Shown here: piece after piece, positions 46,924-54,118 of the stretch | Layout of the letters: each line of letters opens with the position of its first letter | Numbering within the stretch: position 1 is the first letter of the stretch | Virus record (IMG/VR): IMGVR_UViG_3300042935_001404 | DNA length: 64,000 nt | Reading direction: 5' to 3' (one strand) | From: a virus | Taxonomy: Duplodnaviria > Caudoviricetes | Position numbers and translations under genes: made by a program | The notes under the pieces: generated by a model | The model's input: only the letters and a program-made list of their open reading frames with translations | Told to the model about the DNA's origin: nothing | Database searches by the model: none

Positions 46924-47685
46924 TTACAACCTAGATTCTATCATAGGAGCAATAAAATCAGCAATCTGAATATGAGCTTTTTCTGTAGGATGATGTGATA
47001 TTGGATTTAACAATCCAATATCAACTAAAAACGCTACTCTATTGGAGTCTACAACCCAATTTGAATAATGATAGTTGTTATCAACATTTTTCATGTTATT
47101 TCTCAAACACAATTGTGACATTAAATCTCTATCAGGTATATCAATCATATTGTCGATGGGTTGATGATACAGATGATGATTAAATGTATCAACCCATATA
47201 TTTTTGACCCCCATTGACTTATAAAAAACATTCCAAAAATTCATCTCAACTTCTAATTGTTGTACTTCGTGATTATGATCATATGAATGTTTAACCATAA
47301 ACTCGCTAAATTTATTTGGCATATTATATTTGCAATGTAACACAGACATTGTGTCTAAATCAAAAAATACATTTCGAGCAGTTGATGTGATTGCATGCAA
47401 TACAATAATTTTATCATATGTTTCTTGATCACATTTGAAATCAATTTTACTAAAATATCTTTTAGCATAATTAAATTGAGCTTGATTACTGCTTCCACCA
47501 TGTGCAAAATTTTTGTTATCTAATGCAAAATTTTTAGACAAAACACCACGAAATGATTTTGTCCCACAAATGTCTGAATTCCATGCAATAGAATTATACA
47601 CAGCAGTGGATTGCTCAATTTGATATCCTACACCAACTCCATAGGTCCAACTGCACCCAAACGTGATAAGCAAATTTTTATTCAT
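46924..47685 (-). CDS. SGNH/GDSL-hydrolase-like protein
   Basis: FGCSWTYG, NFAHGGSSN, SHHPTE. Confidence 0.55.
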   Translation of the reverse strand: MNKNLLITFGCSWTYGVGVGYQIEQSTAVYNSIAWNSDICGTKSFRGVLSKNFALDNKNFAHGGSSNQAQFNYAKRYFSKIDFKCDQETYDKIIVLHAITSTARNVFFDLDTMSVLHCKYNMPNKFSEFMVKHSYDHNHEVQQLEVEMNFWNVFYKSMGVKNIWVDTFNHHLYHQPIDNMIDIPDRDLMSQLCLRNNMKNVDNNYHYSNWVVDSNRVAFLVDIGLLNPISHHPTEKAHIQIADFIAPMIESRL

Positions 47686-48334
47686 GTTTTTGTAGTACCA
47701 TTCTTAATGTTCCCTCGGCCATGTTAGATCCAATATGAGTATCATCAAGTTCAAAACACAAAATCTCATCTCTAAAAATTTCAATTTGATCACGTATGTA
47801 TGTTGATGCAGTATTTTTTATTTCTGTAGTCTCTGCACCTATCATATGACACACATTCATCATGATAAAAATTTTACCACCTGGTTTGGTCATTTGTAAG
47901 ACTTGATTGATCCTGTTAGAAAATTGCGACAATGGAATAAAATGCAAAGCATTCATACTCATGATATTTTCAAATTTTTCTGTATTTTCCTTGACAAACG
48001 CATCATCTACAAACCCAACCTGGTCAGCATAAAAATTTAATGATTTTGAATCAATGCCGATTATGTTTGGAATATATTTTTTATATATGTTCCACCCACA
48101 TCCAATATCATAAATTTTAGAGCTTGATGCTAATTGTAAAATATAGTAAAAAGGAACCATTGAAAATATTCTTTTGCCACGATATTCGCGCGGCGTCATT
48201 CCCATAAAGCCCAAAGTTGGTATATTAGTTTCCCAAGTCAACAAATCAAAATCTTGTTTTACGTTACGTGCCAAATCAGTTGATTCAAAGCTTTTTCGAA
48301 AATTTTCTAAGTTATATGCGTTTAAATTGTTCAT
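47678..48334 (-). CDS. class I SAM-dependent methyltransferase-like protein
   Basis: IYDIGCG, IGIDS, SMNALHF, KPGG. Confidence 0.7.
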   Translation of the reverse strand: MNNLNAYNLENFRKSFESTDLARNVKQDFDLLTWETNIPTLGFMGMTPREYRGKRIFSMVPFYYILQLASSSKIYDIGCGWNIYKKYIPNIIGIDSKSLNFYADQVGFVDDAFVKENTEKFENIMSMNALHFIPLSQFSNRINQVLQMTKPGGKIFIMMNVCHMIGAETTEIKNTASTYIRDQIEIFRDEILCFELDDTHIGSNMAEGTLRMVLQKHE

Positions 48335-48353
48335 ACATTATATATGATAGATA

Positions 48354-48438
48354 TGGTGGAGATGATAGGGATCGAACCTATTGTGACCGAAGTCGGAAGA
48401 TTTACAGTCTCCTGCCATACCATTACGGCGGCATCTCC
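48354..48438 (-). tRNA. tRNA-Tyr(GTA)
   Basis: long variable arm, CTGTAAA loop, CCA. Confidence 0.93.
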
Positions 48439-48443
48439 ATGTC

Positions 48444-48518
48444 TGGTACTCGATAGCGGAGTCGAACCGCTCTTGCCTGGATGAAAACCAGATGTCCTAA
48501 CCGATAGACGAATCGAGC
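48444..48518 (-). tRNA. tRNA-Glu(TTC)
   Basis: TCTGG-TTTTCAT-CCAGG, CCA. Confidence 0.92.
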
Positions 48519-48597
48519 AAAAAGAGGAGAGCCACGGTTGCAGGACCTAGTGTCTCGTTGCCGAGAGAAGTGTCCAGGCGATGTGGCTCTCAAAACT

Positions 48598-48672
48598 TGG
48601 CGGTCTGTGGGGGAATCGAACCCCCGTAAGTGGATAGACAATCCACAGTAATAACCTCTATACGAACAGACC
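48598..48672 (-). tRNA. tRNA-Asp(GTC)
   Basis: GTGGA-TTGTCTA-TCCAC, G73, CCA. Confidence 0.92.
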
Positions 48673-48680
48673 AAAATCTA

Positions 48681-48895
48681 CTATTTTAAAACATACTAAA
48701 GGAACCATTGTGCATCTATGTCTACCTATAGGACCGTCTCCTATAGACCTGCACGGTCATTACTGCCTACATGCTCCGCCGCTTTTCTGGACATTTCTGC
48801 CCGGTTTCATGGACCTAGCTTGAGCGTGGGCGGCCCCACAGTCCTCGCCTTAGATCCCTAACGGTGTAGGTAACCTTTAATACGTTTTAAAATAG
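48681..48895 (-). ncRNA. unidentified 215-nt structured RNA with 22-bp closing stem
   Basis: 48895-48874 pairs 48702-48681 (two G.U on minus strand); inner hairpins GTGGG/CCCAC, GGGCA-GAAA-TGTCC, CTATAGGA/TCCTATAG. Confidence 0.6.
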
Positions 48896-48926
48896 CAACC
48901 CTTACGGGTTACCAAAAACAACAACT

Positions 48927-48959
48927 TTTTAAAGAACGTCTAGTTAATTTCCTAACTAG
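48927..48959 (-). promoter_or_regulatory. rrn-type boxB-boxA antitermination signal
   Basis: CTAGTTAG-GAAA-TTAACTAG hairpin followed by CGTTCTTTAAAA. Confidence 0.65.
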
Positions 48960-48964
48960 TCTCT

Positions 48965-48993
48965 AGTATAACACAATGGCTATATCTAGTCAA
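48965..48993 (-). promoter_or_regulatory. sigma70 promoter TTGACT-17-TATACT
   Basis: consensus boxes, TG upstream of -10. Confidence 0.8.
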
Positions 48994-49062
48994 TTTGTTT
49001 TGCAAAGTCCCTACACTGTGTAGGGTTATTTGCAGATCCAGCTAATTTCTTAACTTGTTTCT

Positions 49063-49091
49063 ATTGTAGCAAAATGGCGTTTAATTGTCAA
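49063..49091 (-). promoter_or_regulatory. sigma70 promoter TTGACA-17-TACAAT (tandem upstream)
   Basis: consensus boxes. Confidence 0.8.
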
Positions 49092-49132
49092 CTTAGTACT
49101 TTAGTATACCCTACGCACTGTAGGGTTATTAT

Positions 49133-49206
49133 TGGCGTACCTCCAAGGACTCGAACCTTGACTGACGGTTTTGGAGACCGCGGTGCTGCCATTACACCAG
49201 AGATAC
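49133..49206 (-). tRNA. tRNA-Trp(CCA)
   Basis: GCGGT-CTCCAAA-ACCGT, G73, CCA. Confidence 0.92.
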
Positions 49207-49213
49207 ATTAAAT

Positions 49214-49287
49214 TGGTAGCCTGTCAAGGTAACGATCCTTGGTCGCTCGATTATCAGTCGAGTGCTCTACCTTTGAGCTAACGGGCT
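49214..49287 (-). tRNA. tRNA-Ile(GAT)
   Basis: CTCGA-CTGATAA-TCGAG; atypical T-loop ATCGTTA. Confidence 0.88.
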
Positions 49288-49292
49288 ATGAT

Positions 49293-49367
49293 TGGCGGGT
49301 CCTGCAGGAATCGAACCCACACCGCTTGGTTCGAAGCCAAGCATGATATCCATTTCACCAAGGACCC
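49293..49367 (-). tRNA. tRNA-Arg(TCG)
   Basis: CTTGG-CTTCGAA-CCAAG, CCA. Confidence 0.92.
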
Positions 49368-49372
49368 TTAAC

Positions 49373-49462
49373 TGGCGGTGCGACTCGGATTCGAACCGAG
49401 AACCCGGATTACGCCGAGCGACAGATTAGCAATCTGCTCTAATACCATTATAGGACCACACC
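49373..49462 (-). tRNA. tRNA-Ser(GCT)
   Basis: long variable arm, TTGCTAA loop, G73. Confidence 0.92.
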
Positions 49463-49468
49463 GTTGTT

Positions 49469-49560
49469 TGGCGGAAGACGGAGGAGTCGAACCCCATCCC
49501 TGTTAAGAGAACCTGGTTTTCAAGGCCAGTCGCAGGACCGGTCCCGCTGCATCATCTTCC
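49469..49560 (-). tRNA. tRNA-Ser(TGA) with 8/4 acceptor/T-stem architecture
   Basis: acceptor GGAAGATG/CGTCTTCC (8 bp), T-stem GGGG/CCTC (4 bp), loop CTTGAAA, G73. Confidence 0.82.
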
Positions 49561-49569
49561 TAAAATGTG

Positions 49570-50331
49570 TTAAAGATTTTTAAAAACTTTTTTTATAATT
49601 GCACTGCGATCCAGTTTGGAACTGGCACCCAGCACAATGACTGCGTACTGTTGTTTGTTGTGTTCTACCAGCATGGCCACACACCATCCAGCAAGATTAG
49701 TAAATCCAGTCTTGCTCACGTCCACACGGGTAAACTCTGCCAACAGTGGACGGGATGTGTGAACCAGGTTCACAGAGCTGCCGCCTATTTTGTCAAGTTT
49801 TTTCAACAGCACAGTTGACTGCCCACTGGCTTCTTGTATAAACCAATAGTTGGCAGCAATCTGTACCATTTCTATTAGATCCCGTGCAGTGGACACATTG
49901 AACACACCCAGGCCTGACGGATCTACAAATTTAGTATTTCGAAGATTCCACATCCGGGCATGTCGATTCATTTCAGCTACAAAGGCAGATCGGCCTCCGG
50001 GGTAGTTCTGTGCAATGGTTTCGGCTGCTCCGTTGTCACTGCTGACCAGCATGGCCAGCAACAACTGTTCTCTGGTGTACCTGCCGGGCGGCAATCGACT
50101 GCCGGTGTTTTTTCTCAGCACCAACTGCTGTTGAAGATCTCTGTTGTGATCCAATGCAACCATGGCAGTCATCAACTTGGTCACACTGGCCATTGATCTG
50201 ATTTGATCACTATTTTGACTCAGTTCCGTGCGCTGTGCATTGATGTTGTAGACCAACACTGTGGGCTCACGTGCGTGGGCCGTTGCATTGGATAAAACTG
50301 TACAAAAAAGTACTGCGGCAAATAATTTCAT
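49570..50331 (-). CDS. D-alanyl-D-alanine carboxypeptidase/endopeptidase (peptidase S11)
   Basis: signal peptide; ASVTKLMTA (SxxK), SDN, KTG. Confidence 0.92.
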   Translation of the reverse strand: MKLFAAVLFCTVLSNATAHAREPTVLVYNINAQRTELSQNSDQIRSMASVTKLMTAMVALDHNRDLQQQLVLRKNTGSRLPPGRYTREQLLLAMLVSSDNGAAETIAQNYPGGRSAFVAEMNRHARMWNLRNTKFVDPSGLGVFNVSTARDLIEMVQIAANYWFIQEASGQSTVLLKKLDKIGGSSVNLVHTSRPLLAEFTRVDVSKTGFTNLAGWCVAMLVEHNKQQYAVIVLGASSKLDRSAIIKKVFKNL

Positions 50332-50349
50332 ATCTTTATTTTGTAAAAT

Positions 50350-50424
50350 TGGAACACAGGACAGGACTCAAACCTGCATGATACGGATTTGCAATCCGTT
50401 GCGTAATCATTCCGCCACCTGTGC
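50350..50424 (-). tRNA. tRNA-Cys(GCA)
   Basis: ACGGA-TTGCAAA-TCCGT, U73, CCA; atypical D/T loops. Confidence 0.85.
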
Positions 50425-50575
50425 ATATACGTCGAACACACTGTTTCCAATGTGTGTATTAAAGCACTCTAAAATACTTAGGCTGCCTGTTCTTAAAGAA
50501 TGCTTTAATACGAACTAATTTTTCCTCCCACACAAGGGATTCCATCCTAGTCGCCGCCCGTTCGTGCTTGTTTAT

Positions 50576-50605
50576 AGTGTAGCACAGGACCTCGTTTCCT
50601 GTCAA
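50576..50605 (-). promoter_or_regulatory. possible sigma70 promoter TTGACA-18-TACACT
   Basis: boxes upstream of tRNA-Cys. Confidence 0.5.
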
Positions 50606-50616
50606 CACTTTAGGAT

Positions 50617-50778
50617 TTATGTCCAAAGTTGATTCTTGACTCGCATGCGAGTTTCGAGTTCCAACCTAGCACGTTCCAACTTTTCCCGAATCAACTTTTC
50701 ACGTTGTTCCGGTGTCAGTGTGTGCTCTGTTGTGTACTTTACTTCACGCATTCGTTGTTTTAAATCTAATTTCTTCAT
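50617..50778 (-). CDS. 53-aa charged small protein MKKLDLKQRMREVKYTTEHTL..
   Basis: hand-translated; SD AAGGA just after terminator. Confidence 0.6.
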   Translation of the reverse strand: MKKLDLKQRMREVKYTTEHTLTPEQREKLIREKLERARLELETRMRVKNQLWT

Positions 50779-50790
50779 TTTTCCTTTTCT

Positions 50791-50828
50791 AAAAACAAAA
50801 AACCCTAGGGTTTTTAATCCTAGGGTCC
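50791..50828 (-). terminator. intrinsic terminator (attenuator-type)
   Basis: ACCCTAGG/CCTAGGGT stem followed by TTTTTGTTTTT. Confidence 0.8.
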
Positions 50829-50853
50829 TTGGAGTTTGTGTGTAAACTTTTAT

Positions 50854-50994
50854 TTACGACATGGTCTCCTGGACCCTGGTACCCTCTGGTGTGCGATCAT
50901 ATGACATGCTATTGATTGCCGACCAAATAGAGGGCGCGAAGCCGGCCTGTTTGGCTAAACAATTTGATATAGAATGTAATACGTTTGTTTGCAT
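50854..50994 (-). CDS. 46-aa putative leader peptide MQTNVLHSIS..SYDRTPEGTRVQETMS
   Basis: between promoter and terminator; contains anti-terminator strand AGGGTCC. Confidence 0.55.
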   Translation of the reverse strand: MQTNVLHSISNCLAKQAGFAPSIWSAINSMSYDRTPEGTRVQETMS

Positions 50995-51042
50995 TTTTGT
51001 TTCTTTAAATTTATATACACCTTTTTATTGGCGCATGTGTGT

Positions 51043-51071
51043 ATTGTATAGGTTTATTTATACAAGGTCAA
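51043..51071 (-). promoter_or_regulatory. sigma70 promoter TTGACC-17-TACAAT with nested TATAAATA
   Basis: boxes and late motif at 51055-51062. Confidence 0.7.
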
Positions 51072-51129
51072 CCACTTGGTTGTTCAAAATGCAAATTTTT
51101 TTCAAGATATTTGCCTTAATAAGTACACT

Positions 51130-52224
51130 ATGCAACAAGCATTCAACGGAGTACACAGCGGCGAGATTTGGAATCAAAGCCAATGTCTAGTACACGAATA
51201 CAACATCAATAACACAATATATCAAACACTACGCGATACCGGGTTTAGTGTAACTGACAATCCACGGATATGGAAAAAATCAAACCAAACAGTGATCGTT
51301 TGCCTGGTTGACGATATACGAAGTTGTAGTACAGACTATCACAGTGACTTGCCCTACTTGTTTGATGCCAATACCACAGTCATAACCGACAACTATATCA
51401 CTTGTCCCACGCAGTACCATGTGATAAGATTGCCCGCTAGTTTCTTGGGAATCTATCACTATGTGCCCAGCAACCAAACATGGCAGCCAGAACGAGATTT
51501 TTCTTTTGCAGTAAATCGAATTGACCAACGCAGATTTATGCTGATGTTGGAAATCGGACTCAGAGTACATTTGCACAAAGGCCATGTAAATTTCAACTGT
51601 TATCGTCCAGGAAATTCCGTAGTGTCAGACCCTGCTCTTATTTCCACAACCCGGGCATTAGAACATTGGAATAACCATTGGAACCAGACCAGCAACGAAG
51701 ACAAATCAAAATATCAAAAAAGTTATGAATTGCTAACAGCACAAATGCCTGTGCGCAATTATGAAATAGAACATGATGAAATTTTTAATCGGTCATATGT
51801 TAACATTGTGGCCGAAACCTACAGCAGTGACAACAACATATCACTGAGTGAAAAAATATTCAGAGCATTGGTAACACCTGCTCCGTGGACCGTATCGTCG
51901 GGTCGATACACAGTGGCCTATTTAACTAGCTTGGGATTTGATACTGTGTCAGATCTAATAGACCACAACCATTACGATAGACTAATAGAAGTGCAAGAGA
52001 AGCAACGCATATTTGTATGGAAAAGCCTTGAAACTATTAAATCATTGAAGTCTCAAGATCTAACTCTGCTACAAGACAGATGTCAACGTGCTGCCACACA
52101 CAATCAAACTGTATTGGCCGCAATGGCTGCTCGGTGGCCCAATGATTTTGCTCAGTGGATCAGCATACTTACACAAACGCTAACCAATCCACAGGCGATC
52201 GAACCCATTCAGTGTCAAATTTAA
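51130..52224 (+). CDS. putative glycosyltransferase-like protein (ET..SEK family)
   Basis: NIVAETYS..LSEKIFRAL..PW..GFDT. Confidence 0.45.
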   Translation: MQQAFNGVHSGEIWNQSQCLVHEYNINNTIYQTLRDTGFSVTDNPRIWKKSNQTVIVCLVDDIRSCSTDYHSDLPYLFDANTTVITDNYITCPTQYHVIRLPASFLGIYHYVPSNQTWQPERDFSFAVNRIDQRRFMLMLEIGLRVHLHKGHVNFNCYRPGNSVVSDPALISTTRALEHWNNHWNQTSNEDKSKYQKSYELLTAQMPVRNYEIEHDEIFNRSYVNIVAETYSSDNNISLSEKIFRALVTPAPWTVSSGRYTVAYLTSLGFDTVSDLIDHNHYDRLIEVQEKQRIFVWKSLETIKSLKSQDLTLLQDRCQRAATHNQTVLAAMAARWPNDFAQWISILTQTLTNPQAIEPIQCQI

Positions 52225-52822
52225 AATTCTTAACTTGACCGTCAAGATAATTTTGCATCATTGTCAATCTAAGATCAATGTTATGTAGATGATGTGTAGT
52301 GCTGTGATCGCCAATTTCCAGCCAATCAAGTCCATGGTCGGCACCAGGCTGGGAAGGTGTAACTAATATTGTTGTATGGTTAGTATCAAACTTGATCAAT
52401 CTTATCAAGTCTTGATCGTTGTTAATTTGCTGCCAAGTGTTGTATTGTACAGCGTTCGATGCTGTGCATGTTATAACAACACTGACTGTGGATATTTTGG
52501 GATTTAGTTGCAGTGTCATCAGTCGTGTGTCGCCACAATCAACTATGTACTGTTCATGTTGTTGGTGTATCAACAAGGGCTTTCGTATGGGCTCTTTGTG
52601 TAAATTTTGATAAAAATAGTTGACCCGCAGTAATTTTGCAATTTCGTTTTGCAGTCCTGCTGGCCAAGACAACAAATCAGTGCCATACAAATCTAATGCT
52701 TGATTTACCACAGAACAAGATCCTTCGAGTGTCTGTACCGGAGTTAGTTGTGCAATGGGAAATGCTGGATGGTAAAACATGCAGTATGTTGACCCAAGTG
52801 CTGTTTTTATTATATCTGTCAT
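52169..52822 (-). CDS. hypothetical protein
   Basis: start refined to MTDIIK; TAAATA upstream. Confidence 0.6.
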   Translation of the reverse strand: MTDIIKTALGSTYCMFYHPAFPIAQLTPVQTLEGSCSVVNQALDLYGTDLLSWPAGLQNEIAKLLRVNYFYQNLHKEPIRKPLLIHQQHEQYIVDCGDTRLMTLQLNPKISTVSVVITCTASNAVQYNTWQQINNDQDLIRLIKFDTNHTTILVTPSQPGADHGLDWLEIGDHSTTHHLHNIDLRLTMMQNYLDGQVKNFKFDTEWVRSPVDWLAFV

Positions 52823-52849
52823 ATTGGTATTTACTTGTAAATATAAACA

Positions 52850-53779
52850 ATGATTGAAATACACGGTCCTACTTACACCTACTCTGGCGAGATTCTGTCC
52901 AGCCCCGAAATTATTTTGGTTCGTGACCACCACTATAATCCCGACGAACATTGTTATCATGTGGAAAAATTATTGGAAAACAGTTCATGTGATCCGCAAC
53001 AGCATCTGTTGGTATTTGATCACGTCAATATGCAAGAAGGATTAACCCAATATCCGCATGTTTGTTTACCTATGTTTTTGGCCCGAGAAAATAAAGAATT
53101 TATACATCAAGACATACAACCAGATTGGAGTTGTAAAACAACTACATTCAACTTTATGATCAACAAACCCAGACCCAACAGACGTCGATTGTTGGCATTA
53201 ATCGAACAACATAAATTAACCAATTATTGTCATTCTCTTGCGTGGAAAACAAATGACATTAATACCATACCTGTAACCAACTATGTCTTTGGCCCCGAAG
53301 TTGCAATGGATCAAGGAGTTCGTAACGGTTCATTTAAAAATGCACACACCTATAATAAATTGTTGCAGAAAACAGTGTTTGAGCCTGCTTGTGTTTCTTT
53401 GATAACTGAACCTGCGTATTATGAAAAAGAAACTATAGTAACAGAAAAGACGTTGATGGCATTGTATGCAGGAACTATTCCAATTTGGGTTGGCGGTTGG
53501 CGCATAGCAGATTATATGGCCAGCATGGGATTTGATGTGTTTAATGACATTGTTGATCATAGTTACCAAAGCGAACCAGATCCTGAACTGCGATGCAACT
53601 ATGCTGTAGAACGCAATCTTGAACTGTTGACAAATTTTGATCTAGCTTTTGTCAGCATTGAGTTAACACGCCTACAGCACAATTATGATCTGTTACAACA
53701 AAATGTTTTTTTAAAAGATGTGCTAGAAAAAACTCAACGATCAGAGTTACAGTCAATAGTTGCGCAGGAACTTTTCTAG
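52850..53779 (+). CDS. putative glycosyltransferase-like protein (E..TEK family)
   Basis: SLITEPAY..VTEKTLMAL..TIPIW..GFDVF..DHSY. Confidence 0.45.
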   Translation: MIEIHGPTYTYSGEILSSPEIILVRDHHYNPDEHCYHVEKLLENSSCDPQQHLLVFDHVNMQEGLTQYPHVCLPMFLARENKEFIHQDIQPDWSCKTTTFNFMINKPRPNRRRLLALIEQHKLTNYCHSLAWKTNDINTIPVTNYVFGPEVAMDQGVRNGSFKNAHTYNKLLQKTVFEPACVSLITEPAYYEKETIVTEKTLMALYAGTIPIWVGGWRIADYMASMGFDVFNDIVDHSYQSEPDPELRCNYAVERNLELLTNFDLAFVSIELTRLQHNYDLLQQNVFLKDVLEKTQRSELQSIVAQELF

Positions 53780-54118
53780 ATCACCATACAGTTGTGACAT
53801 GACTGCTTCGCGACTACCAAACATATAAACACTGGTTGGTATGCGTTTGTCAATTCTAATATAATACGGACTTTGCAGTTTGCGATCAAGAGTTAACACA
53901 ATGCGTCGATTGCCCGGGGTTGGTTTGATCTCTAGTTCATAATGTGCTAAATCTAACACACGACTGAACACATAAAATCCATGTTCGGTAAGACGCAGGC
54001 CACCGGTCTTACGAATGTTTGCCCACCAAGTCTTGACAGCAACTTCAACGGGCTCGGCAAATTCTTCTGGCAGATTGGCCACCAGTGCTTGGGTTAATTT
54101 TAGTTTATCACGCACCAC
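53753..54118 (-). CDS. hypothetical phage protein
   Basis: ORF. Confidence 0.7.
   Translation of the reverse strand: MVRDKLKLTQALVANLPEEFAEPVEVAVKTWWANIRKTGGLRLTEHGFYVFSRVLDLAHYELEIKPTPGNRRIVLTLDRKLQSPYYIRIDKRIPTSVYMFGSREAVMSQLYGDLEKFLRNY

Noticed and set aside
46640-48895. RNase P RNA or group I intron identity for the structured RNAs
   Set aside because: Could not find GAGGAAAGTCC or convincing P7 motifs, and neither interrupts a gene; left unidentified
49469-49560. Selenocysteine tRNA (selC), suggested by GGAAGAT start and long arms
   Set aside because: Anticodon reads TGA (Ser), not TCA; no selA/selB/selD in window
35411-50424. tRNA-Phe and smpB
   Set aside because: Looked for by eye and not found in this window; may lie elsewhere in the genome or be host-supplied
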